IMG/VR virus record: IMGVR_UViG_3300029604_000306
Direction: 5' to 3' (one strand)
Source: a virus
Taxonomy: Duplodnaviria > Heunggongvirae > Uroviricota > Caudoviricetes
DNA length: 64,000 nucleotides
The position numbers were made by a program, and so were the translations under genes. The first letter of the stretch is position 1. Each line of letters starts with the position of its first letter. Below, piece after piece: positions 1-9,300 of the stretch. The notes below the pieces were generated by a model. That model saw only the letters and a list, made by a program, of their open reading frames with translations, made no database searches and was not told the origin of the DNA.

Positions 1-560
1 ACAAAAGCATTAATGATGAATGGAAAATCAATAACTATCTTTTTTGGCTAGATACATCAGGGCAGCCAAACTATGACGTTAGAAATCTTCGCGATAAAGT
101 CAATGCTGAATATATTAGGCAGTCTGAGATAAAAACAGACATGCAATATTATTATAAAATGCAGGCAGAAAGAAGACACAAAGAAAAACAGGGCCGGAGC
201 CAGCACAAATGCTACCCATGGCGAGATGACGCAAGATATATTCAGCGTGCTCGCGCTGCGTACGCCATGGAGGCTGAAGAAGAATATAGAAGATTTGTGA
301 AGGCAAAGGATAAATCTTTTAAAAGCATCTGGCCGGATGAAGAATTTAACGGATACCACTCTACTGGATGGAAAGATAACTCTGGGAACCGCTATAGGCA
401 TCAGTGGGAAGCAAAAGAAAGAAGAAATTATGAAAAGATAAAGAGAAACAAAGGCATAACGATGTTCAGCGGAAAGAAAAGAGAGTCCCCAAAAAGGAGA
501 AAAACAAAAGAGGAACTGCTTGCAGAGTTGGATATGCTGAGAGAAGAATTCGGATGCTGA
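1..560 (+). CDS. hypothetical basic protein, 5'-truncated by the window edge
   Basis: The frame of ORF 141..560 is open from position 3; no family recognised. Confidence 0.6.
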   Translation, partial: KSINDEWKINNYLFWLDTSGQPNYDVRNLRDKVNAEYIRQSEIKTDMQYYYKMQAERRHKEKQGRSQHKCYPWRDDARYIQRARAAYAMEAEEEYRRFVKAKDKSFKSIWPDEEFNGYHSTGWKDNSGNRYRHQWEAKERRNYEKIKRNKGITMFSGKKRESPKRRKTKEELLAELDMLREEFGC

Positions 561-620
561 GAAAGTACTTTCTCAACACGAAGTGTGCAGCGCTTTTCCT
601 CAACACGGAGTGTGCAGTAC

Positions 621-639
621 TTTTCTCACGGTGAGAAAA
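621..639. repeat. palindrome TTTTCTCAC-G-GTGAGAAAA (copy 1 of 3)
   Basis: Same palindrome at 893-911 and 3671-3689; half-site at 646-655. Confidence 0.8.
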
Positions 640-657
640 GCGCTGCGGTGAGAAATC

Positions 658-877
658 ATCGATGGACGGGGAAACCGACGACCAGGCTTGCCGTCGGAGG
701 AGGATTGCTGTAAGTAATCAGTTGCTAAAGTGTACGGGGAGCCGGAAATCCCGCCAGCGTTCTACACTCCGACTTCGTCGTCGCTTGTCAGCCTCTACGA
801 GGTACTGTACTCAGCCTTACGGCTTCGCTTGTCAGCCTCTACGAGGCTTGACACACGCGAGCATAGCTCGCGCTATC
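658..877 (+). mobile_element. mini-element family II (ATCG...CGCGAGC-nTA-GCTCGCG-nTATC)
   Basis: Left end ATCGATGGACGGG..GACCAGGCTTGCCGTC and right-end hairpin shared with copies at 3781, 6138, 37468 and 37716; flanks TC|A. Confidence 0.75.
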
Positions 878-1262
878 ATTGCCGCAAGAACTTTTTCTCA
901 CGGTGAGAAAAACCTAACACACAAAAACTTCAGCCGTCTGCGTACTGCAGGCGGCTTTCTAATTCGAAAAAAAATAATAAAAAAAATACGTAAAAAACAA
1001 TCCATTGTAATTTTTTTCAGCATATTAAATATACAGAAACTTGAAATGCCGGTCTGGCATTCCAAGTCAAGAACAAAATGACGTTGCGGCTCGGCCTTCG
1101 ATATACGAAGAAAAACATCTCGCAGAAAAGAAAGTCAATCTTCCTGAAATCCCTAGTATTTCAGATGCTTCTGATATTTCTGGTGTTTCCGTGACGCAGC
1201 CGTTCCTGGCTGCTTTTTTGCGGCTCAAAACATACATCTAAAACAAAAAGGAGAAAAAAAAT

Positions 1263-3527
1263 ATGAATAAAACAATTATGAAAAAATATTATGAAATGCA
1301 GGGTAAAGTAATCCTTCCGGAGCAGAAAGATAATGATAACCTGAGCCTCGCAGCAACTGTTGCTGCAAATTTCATTTCCATTGGATTTCCTCTTACAACA
1401 GAACAGCTGCGCGCACTTGCAAAAGCAGATGCTGAGGATATCAAGGATTTTTATGAAGACAATTTTGCCATGCTGTCAGAAGTAATCGGAGCAGGTAAAC
1501 AGCCGAAGCCGTTTTATCCGGATTTTCCTGAAGGATGTATGGAAAGAAGTCATGCGGAATACTTTATCGACCAGGTTATTTATGGTTTATCCGGACTGCA
1601 GCTGGAGCCAAAAGAATATATGAAAGAAAAGAAGTCCTATCCATTCATCGGGCAGCCTATGAGAAGAGTTCTTATGACTGGAAGCCGAGAAGACCTTGAC
1701 GCTACTTTTGAAATGGCAGTGAAATCAGTAATCGCATACTCAAAAGAACAGCGTGAGTTTATCATGGAGTATGTAAAAGAGAATCCGGGAAAAATTAATG
1801 CCCTGATTGATAATGATGCAACAAAGAACCGCGAGAATGCTGTTGCCTGTGCAATGATGGTGGAGGAACTTTCCGAAAATTCACTGCATACCGCTAAGTT
1901 TATGAAACAGCCGGCAGACCTGCTGAGGTATGCGGCGTTTAAATCACTGCAGAGAATTGGTGCAGCACGTGACCCATATGGAGCAATTGCGCTTAAAGAT
2001 ACAAAAGAGGATATGCCTGATTTTGCGCTTGGAAGAACAGGAAGGCGTTTTGTGATGGATAACCTGGCGGAAATGGACAGAGGAAGTGGAGAAAAACTTT
2101 CTAACTTCATGCATGGACATGACGAAGAATGGAGCCGACTGTTTAAGCGTCTTCATATCTCAGACCCAGCATGGAAGGCTGCAAAATACGATAATGTAAA
2201 GCAGGCAATTATCATCATCCAGAGCGGAATGAAGATTGACCGTCCGGCGAGAAGACTGGAAGAGGCCGTTAAAGCCGGGAATGTTGAACTCGCAGTAAAG
2301 GAATCTGCGAAAATGCCAGGTGAGTTCATGCGTCGCTTTGACAAGCTGTATCGTATGGGTATTGAGCAGGGTAAGGAGCAGGTTGTTCTTGACGCAATGA
2401 AAAGAGTTTCAGCAAAAGCCGGGATTGCAACTGTAACCGGAGCAATCGGTAATATTGAGATGAGAGACCATGACGAAGAAGAACGCTTCTTTAAGGGAAA
2501 GACCGGAAAAGTGGTAAGAAGCGTTAATAAAAACCGAAAAGGCTTTACAGCAGAACAGATTGAAGAGGCCGTTAATATCGCGATGAAAGGAATGTCGGAA
2601 AAATTTGTCGGCAAAAAGCCGATGGGTAAAGTGTTTATGAGTGATGCAATCGCTACCGTAAAAATCCCGACAGATATTCGTGATAATTCAGGAGCGGTGG
2701 GAGGCATGACCTCCGGCTCCAAGATGCCGATTGCAGAGAATTGGAATAAAATGCGATTCTTCACCAGTTGGACAAACCTTATGGAAGGCGATGATAACGA
2801 GGGTTACCATGATGGCAACCGAGTTGACATTGACCTGACAGTTGCGTTCTGCGATAAAAACATGAATGTTGTGGAATTCTGTGGCTGGAACGGTTCAAAA
2901 CATGGAGATGGATTCGTTTACTCTGGTGATGTCCAGGATGGAGGACCCGCTGACGGTGAAGGACGTGCTGAGTTCATCGATGTGGATATTGATAAGCTGA
3001 AAGAACGCGGAATCGTTTATCTTGTGCCGCAGGTCAACAGCTATACAAACCAGAAATTTTCAGAACAGCCGCACACCTGTTTTGGTGTTATGAAAAGAAC
3101 GGATAAGGACATGGGGAAAAAATATGAACCGGCAACAGTCGTAAACCGGTTTGTCCTTGATATAGAAGCAAAACAAGCGTCTATGTACATCATTGATATC
3201 TCTAATCGCGAGATTCTGTGGCTCAATGAAAAAGCACAGGAGAATGTAGCATCAAGGGGATTATATGGAATACTTAACCAGGTTGGACGCGTTTCCAGCT
3301 CGAAGACAATGTCTTTGAACAGGCTGGTTGAAGCAAACGTAATGTCAAACGGAGAGTTTACAAAGAACCCTCAGGATGCAGACATCATCTTCGTTAGAGC
3401 AGATGAAATGCAGGAAATCAAGGATAAATATAATATTCCAGATGCAGATGATAGAAAATTTATTCTGTCCAGCAATATGGAATATATTACCGGATATCTG
3501 ATGCAGGAGAGGGAACGGAGCGCCTGA
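1263..3527 (+). CDS. large TerD-domain-containing stress protein
   Basis: C-terminal TerD-like motifs RVDIDL, YSGDVQDG and AEFIDVD; AGGAG RBS; GCATATT motif at 1020. Confidence 0.7.
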   Translation: MNKTIMKKYYEMQGKVILPEQKDNDNLSLAATVAANFISIGFPLTTEQLRALAKADAEDIKDFYEDNFAMLSEVIGAGKQPKPFYPDFPEGCMERSHAEYFIDQVIYGLSGLQLEPKEYMKEKKSYPFIGQPMRRVLMTGSREDLDATFEMAVKSVIAYSKEQREFIMEYVKENPGKINALIDNDATKNRENAVACAMMVEELSENSLHTAKFMKQPADLLRYAAFKSLQRIGAARDPYGAIALKDTKEDMPDFALGRTGRRFVMDNLAEMDRGSGEKLSNFMHGHDEEWSRLFKRLHISDPAWKAAKYDNVKQAIIIIQSGMKIDRPARRLEEAVKAGNVELAVKESAKMPGEFMRRFDKLYRMGIEQGKEQVVLDAMKRVSAKAGIATVTGAIGNIEMRDHDEEERFFKGKTGKVVRSVNKNRKGFTAEQIEEAVNIAMKGMSEKFVGKKPMGKVFMSDAIATVKIPTDIRDNSGAVGGMTSGSKMPIAENWNKMRFFTSWTNLMEGDDNEGYHDGNRVDIDLTVAFCDKNMNVVEFCGWNGSKHGDGFVYSGDVQDGGPADGEGRAEFIDVDIDKLKERGIVYLVPQVNSYTNQKFSEQPHTCFGVMKRTDKDMGKKYEPATVVNRFVLDIEAKQASMYIIDISNREILWLNEKAQENVASRGLYGILNQVGRVSSSKTMSLNRLVEANVMSNGEFTKNPQDADIIFVRADEMQEIKDKYNIPDADDRKFILSSNMEYITGYLMQERERSA

Positions 3528-3546
3528 AGTAAGACCCGAGGATATT

Positions 3547-3660
3547 AACGAGGAATGGGAAACCCACGGTCGACCAAAAGTCGTCCGCGGGTCAAATGTT
3601 CCGTTAACTTCGCACGCGGGTCTAAATCCACGTTCGAAGTCAGGTAACGAACCCGGCAGA
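3547..3660 (+). mobile_element. mini-element family I, right end lost
   Basis: Core AACG..CGAC-caaaa-GTCGTCCGCGGGTCAAATGTT..AACTTCGCACG..GTTCG matches copies at 5936, 14408, 18490 and 37357. Confidence 0.7.
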
Positions 3661-3741
3661 TGCACAATGTATTTCTCACGGTGAGAAATGCATTGCAAGT
3701 ATGCAATATGTGTCATATATGTATCATATATGACAAAGGAG

Positions 3742-5865
3742 ATGATTCTTACGAAGAAAAAAAAAGCACAAAAAATAATTATCGACGGGCAGAAAAACCG
3801 TGACCAGGCTTGCCGTCAGGGAGGGGGTGCTGAAGGCAGCCCGACCCTGAACAATCAGTTGTCTGTCGGTCTTAAGGTAAATGGACGCGTGCATCGTCTG
3901 GTACGCGCGAGCGTAGCTCGCGGTATCATAGTGTTTTTATTTTTGTTTTTAGTGATTTACCTGTTACAGGCAGACACTTACGTTTATGCAAAAAACAACA
4001 ATAAATCAATGGAGAATGTGGAGTCCACGGTCGAGGATATCGCCCACGGGTCAAAGAAGAAGGGAGAAGTCCCAGAGAACCTTAGTTTGAGGTCCGGTAG
4101 CGAGACCGGCAGAGCCAGCGAAATATCAACTAGTGATAGAGAATCGGAAACAGATGAAGACTTAGTGTATAATTTTAAAAATTCGAAAAAAGATGGAACC
4201 ATTACATTTATAAAAAAATGGAAAGACAATAAATCAAATAATGACAGGCCGGTTCCGGATATTGAAATAAGTACGAAAAAACCTTCCAAAAACACAAAAG
4301 GATATACCGTAACATTTTACGGAAATGGATTAAAATTCGCTGATGGTACTGATACAAATGAAATGGTATTTAATAGTAGTAAGGAAATTGTGAGCGGTCA
4401 ATATAAGATTCCAGGTTCAACTTATGTTTTTTGGTACGCAGAACCTAGCTGTAAAAATGAAGTCAAGATGTCAAAGGATGGAGTCCCCAACATAGAATTG
4501 ACTGGTGACATAAATTTATATGCAAAAGCCATTACTTTTACATTAAAACCAGGGCCTGATTTCAATAAGTTAATTTCTGATGATGTGAAGGAAATAATAT
4601 TTACTGACGAGGAGATGCCGAAAAATGTAGACAAGTCAAACATAATCGATGTGGATACTGATGGAGATAAGGGTGTTGTCGCATGGAAGGAAAAAACTAC
4701 CATGAAAGTATCTTCACAAATTGAGGGCGTAAATATCAATTTTAACAGCGATTCTGGAATTATGTTTGCTGATAAAACGAGCCTTTCAGCTATAAGTTTT
4801 AATAATATCGACACGTCGTCTACTACAACAATGAGTTTTATGTTCAGTGGGTGCAAGAATCTGATTTCTCTAGATTTAAAAGCATTTGATACATCTAAAG
4901 TTAGCGGTATGTCCGGAATGTTTAATGAATGTAATAATTTGACTGTATTGAATATATCAAATTTTGATACTTCTAATGTGGTTTTGGCGAATTCAATGTT
5001 TAAAAATTGCAGTAGCCTGACCAAACTGGATGTATCTAATTTTGTTACTGCAAATATGACAAATATGAACGATATGTTTAATGGATGCAAAAAAATAGTT
5101 ACATTAGATGTTTCTGGATTTAATACATCTAAAGTAATTGGTATGGGATATATGTTCTTTAACTGTACTGCGTTAACTACATTGGATGTTTCTAATTTTG
5201 ATACAAGCAACGTTACAACATTTGTCGGTATGTACTCGGGTTGTTCGAACGTTTCCGAGTTAGATGTCTCACGTTTTAACACTTCAAAGGCAACAGACCT
5301 AGGTCAAATGTTCTATAATTGTAGAAAAGTAACAAAATTAGACGTTTCCAATTTTGATACATCTAAAGCAACAACATTAAATCATATGTTCTGTGGATGC
5401 TCTAGGCTTTCCAGTTTGGATGTTTCAAACTTCAATACATCAAATGCAAAATATATGCAATACATGTTCAATGGTTGTAGCGGATTGACGGAGATAAATG
5501 TATCATCTTTTGATACAAAGAAGGCTATAAACATGGAGCTGATGTTCTATGGATGCCAAAGAATAAAAACGTTAGATTTATCCTCATTTGAAACGCCCAA
5601 CGTTACAAATCTATGCAACATGTTTAATATGTGCTACTCACTGACTAGATTGGATATATCCAATATAAATAGTTCTAAAGTAACAAACATGAACTGGATG
5701 TTTTCGAATCTGAATAACCTGAAGTCTTTATCGCTTGGCGAAAATTTCTCATTCATCGGAACAGCGTATGGTTTAAGTGGAACATGGAGAAATTCAAACG
5801 GGGAAGAATTTGATGCCATGGCAATGCCAAATAGTGTAGCTGATACTTATACAAGAATAGTTTAA
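3742..5865 (+). CDS. BspA-like (DUF285-type) leucine-rich-repeat surface protein
   Basis: Many repeats of MFxxCxxLxxLDVSxFxTSxVxxM; signal peptide interrupted by a mini-element; start codon uncertain. Confidence 0.85.
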   Translation: MILTKKKKAQKIIIDGQKNRDQACRQGGGAEGSPTLNNQLSVGLKVNGRVHRLVRASVARGIIVFLFLFLVIYLLQADTYVYAKNNNKSMENVESTVEDIAHGSKKKGEVPENLSLRSGSETGRASEISTSDRESETDEDLVYNFKNSKKDGTITFIKKWKDNKSNNDRPVPDIEISTKKPSKNTKGYTVTFYGNGLKFADGTDTNEMVFNSSKEIVSGQYKIPGSTYVFWYAEPSCKNEVKMSKDGVPNIELTGDINLYAKAITFTLKPGPDFNKLISDDVKEIIFTDEEMPKNVDKSNIIDVDTDGDKGVVAWKEKTTMKVSSQIEGVNINFNSDSGIMFADKTSLSAISFNNIDTSSTTTMSFMFSGCKNLISLDLKAFDTSKVSGMSGMFNECNNLTVLNISNFDTSNVVLANSMFKNCSSLTKLDVSNFVTANMTNMNDMFNGCKKIVTLDVSGFNTSKVIGMGYMFFNCTALTTLDVSNFDTSNVTTFVGMYSGCSNVSELDVSRFNTSKATDLGQMFYNCRKVTKLDVSNFDTSKATTLNHMFCGCSRLSSLDVSNFNTSNAKYMQYMFNGCSGLTEINVSSFDTKKAINMELMFYGCQRIKTLDLSSFETPNVTNLCNMFNMCYSLTRLDISNINSSKVTNMNWMFSNLNNLKSLSLGENFSFIGTAYGLSGTWRNSNGEEFDAMAMPNSVADTYTRIV
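3781..3927 (+). mobile_element. mini-element family II inserted in-frame (147 nt) in the signal-peptide region
   Basis: ATCGACGGG...GCTCGCGGTATC; flanks TT|A; removal restores KKAQKII-IVFLFLFLV. Confidence 0.8.
4008..4127 (+). mobile_element. degenerate mini-element family I inserted in-frame (120 nt)
   Basis: AATGGAGAATGTGGAGTCCACGGTCGA..TCGCCCACGGGTCAAA aligns with the family I left core; ends GGTAGCGAG..GCGAAATATC; flanks TC|A. Confidence 0.65.
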
Positions 5866-5935
5866 AAAGAAAAAGCAGACAAGTATTTTTTTGTCTGCTT
5901 TTTTCTGTACCAAAATATGTTTTTTTTGGCATATT

Positions 5936-6100
5936 AACGGAGAACGGGAAATCCCCAGCCGACAAAAAATCGTTCGCGGGTCAAATGTTCTGGTTTTAAT
6001 TTCGCACGTGGGTCTGAATCCCCGTTCGTGCGCTTCGCTCAGCCTTTCGGCTTCGCTTGCCGCACTTCGTGCTGGTAACGAGCGCGAAGCGCGAGTTATC
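5936..6100 (+). mobile_element. mini-element family I
   Basis: AACGGAGAACGGG...GGTAACGAG..CGAGTTATC, inserted in GCATATT|AAAA. Confidence 0.8.
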
Positions 6101-6137
6101 AAAAGTGAAGAATGGGAGCTTTTTTTATTAGCCCATC

Positions 6138-6309
6138 ATCGATGGACTGGGAAAACGCGGCCATGCTTGCCGTCAGGGGAGGCTTGCTACAAGCAGTCCG
6201 GCCCCGAACAGTCTGAACTGTTCGTCGGAAATGATAGTTATGAACGTGTACAGGGAGAGCAGACACACTGTCCACGTCAGATGCACACGCGAGCGTAGCT
6301 CGCGGTATC
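6138..6309 (+). mobile_element. mini-element family II
   Basis: ATCGATGGAC...ACACGCGAGCGTAGCTCGCGGTATC; flanks TC|A. Confidence 0.8.
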
Positions 6310-6349
6310 ATACAGATATTTTTTACAAATTCGAAATAATCAAAAGGGA

Positions 6350-9300
6350 GTGAAAAAAGTGAAGAGAAATAGAGTTGTAGCAATGCTGATGGCTGGAATC
6401 ATGGCTATATCGCAGCCTGTTTCTATATATGCCAGCGAAGATAATATAAATGAAATTCAAACACAGACGGAGGACGATTCTGGTGGCTCGATAAATGAAG
6501 AAAGCCAGGAAATAAGTGATGCATTGCAGGAACCTGAAATATCCAATGAATTTGAGGCTGAGCAAAAGCAAGAGGATTCAACGATACAGCAGGAGGCGCA
6601 AAATGAGGAGCCTGGTAATGAAAGCACTGAAGACCAAGGAGACTTCTCTGTTGAAGATTTTTCAGATGGAGACCAGAAAAGTAATGATATTGCTTATCCG
6701 AGCGATGAAAATACAACAAAGGAGTTAGATTGGTCTGGATGCTTGACTGGGTTTGATAATTCAAATATAAAAATTTTCATTTCATGCGAGGATGGAACAG
6801 ATATGGAAAAAGACGATATATTATCTGTCACTGATATGAATGAAAAAGAATTGGAAAAAATAGCAAGTAAAATTAACGAACAATTTGTTGATTCTAGCGT
6901 TTCTACAATATCGGCTTTTGATATAAAACGTATGGATGCAAATAATACAGAGAAAGAGAACAACAAATCTTATCGAATAACAGTATTAGCGAATGATGCC
7001 AGCAAAATAAAAGAAGCGCATTTATATCATCAAATAGAAGATGGCAGCATGGAAGAACTAACGTTTACATTGGGTAGTACAGAAAAAGGAGAGCAAAAGA
7101 TAGAGTTTGTTTCCTCCGGTGGACTAGGTGTATTTAGTTTTGTTAATGTAGAAAAAAATTCTTCGAGCGAAAGTCAAGACGGAGTTGAACCCACTGATTC
7201 TGATAAGGAAGTTAACAATGATATGGCAGCAGAAGAAGAGAATAAAGAAAATGATATAAGTGAAAGTAAAAATACGACCCCAGACTTAAATGTTGACGAA
7301 AGCCAAAGCAAAGAGAAAAGCGATGAGAAAAGCGATAATAAAAACGATGATGAAAGCAAAACAACAGCCAAAGCAGATATGGAAATAAAGGAGGACAAAG
7401 ATGAGGCTGTAACACCGGTAAGTATTGATGAGTTTCATGTTTCGTTTGTAAGCGGTGCGAATAGCATAGATGGAAAAAATGTATGGAACCCATCAGACCC
7501 TGTTTCCGGCCATGCGTTCATTTATCGTGTAGATTATACGATGTCTGGAGTCTTTTCTACGGATATTGGCGCATTCAAGATTGAATTGCCTTTACATATA
7601 TTGAAGGATAAAGACGGGAATTGGGCTGATACTTTTAATTGCCCTTACAGAATAAGAACCGACAATATGGGGGATGATGCCCCAGACTTTGTATATGAAG
7701 TAGATGAGGAAAGTAATAAAGTTACAATATATAATTATAAGCCATATCCAACGGGAGAAGCCGGATATGTTGAAGTGTCTTACGAAACAGCTAAAAATAC
7801 AGTAAGTTATATAGACATGGGTAGTTCTACAAAGGTAAAGGCTAAAGTTTATGCAACGAATGCAGCGTCAACGGTAACGGCTGAGTCGGAAGCAGACGAA
7901 GTATATATAGATACTCATGCAACTATTGTTTATACACAGAAGAAAAAACCTAAATTATATAAAACCTGGGATGGCACTTGGGGGGAAGAACCATCTGATT
8001 CTAAAGAGTATTATTATCTGGTGTGGCCAATAAGGTCATATATAAACAAGAATACATCATCGTATGATTTTTATTTAAATGACACAATTGCAGATATGGG
8101 GAGTGAGGTTGTAGGATATAGGTTTTCAGGAGAATCTGGATTCAGCAAGAAGAATCATACAGATAATATCCTAAGTTACGGAGACCGATATGATTATGTT
8201 TTAACAAGATACAGCAAAAAGAAGGCTGATGAAGCAACCAAATCAAATAAAAGGTATGACATACATAATGATATCGAAGCGGTAGTAAGTCCATCTGACC
8301 ATGTGGATGAAGATACTAACGCATTATCTTCTTATGATTGGTACTATGAAGCACCTGTATACATAGGAAAAAAAGGAGAGTTTTGGGCAGAAAAATATGG
8401 AATATATGGTGAATACAACAGAGTTGAAAGTTCAGAGGATATTTCAAATTACACACTTGGCGAATTTGAATCGGGTGAAAATGATACTTTATCATATCTG
8501 AAGTATCATGCCATTGGTGATGGCTCGCCGTATACATTCTCTCTGGCAGATGGAGCCACAGGCACAGTGGAAGATGCCTTAAACGGGTTGTATTGGAGGA
8601 AAAATGTTGATTATAATCTTATAGATGATGGTATCTATATAGAAGGAACCAAATTAAATGATGATGATTATGACATTGCACAGGCTGAACTAAACCCTGT
8701 AGTGAAAGAAGCAGATTTTGATGAAACAACGTATACATTCAAATCACGTAAAAAAACAACTGGATTTACGGAAGAAAATAATATTACTGTTATGATAAGA
8801 ACTTCAACGGGAGGTTGGAAGGAAGCTGCGGTATACAACTTAAACAGCAAGAAATATGAAAATATTAATATTGCGTATGTAAAAAAAGCGAACAAAAGGA
8901 TACTGCAATTCAATGCAGGAGTTAAAGCCTTACAATATAAATGTTCACAGTCATATTACTACACGGAACTAAATATTTACCCCGAAATATCTTTATTCAG
9001 GACGGAGCATATACAGGAGATATTAAAGAATAATCCGGAAAAAATTGCGGTTTCAAACGAAATTAATTTTGTAGTTTCACAAAACAAAAAAACGATTTTG
9101 GACAGAACAACAAGGGGAACAGACTATGTACAAAAAGTAACAAGAGAATCAGAGATAAAAAAAGATGTTATAAAAACTCAAAATATAAAAAAAGAGGCGA
9201 GGTTTGAAGTTACTTGGAACGCACATTTCAAAGAGAAATATATAGATGACAATGGAATTCGCTATATTTACCAAAATAATGGTAAATTTTATGATTTACT

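Noticed and set aside
662..1081. ORFs over the repeat regions (also 5891..6298, 14308..14590, 18234..18629, 37351..37887, 51283..51660)
   Set aside because: They translate mini-element DNA, share spurious motifs (VVRGSN, HASIAR) and lack convincing RBSs.
3781..3927. mini-elements as group I/II introns
   Set aside because: No GUGYG start, domain V, P7 or terminal G; most copies are intergenic and occur in both orientations.
4422..5282. long antisense ORFs (also 15282..16091, 34658..35371, 48168..48779, 62893..63402)
   Set aside because: Shadows of well-supported genes on the opposite strand.
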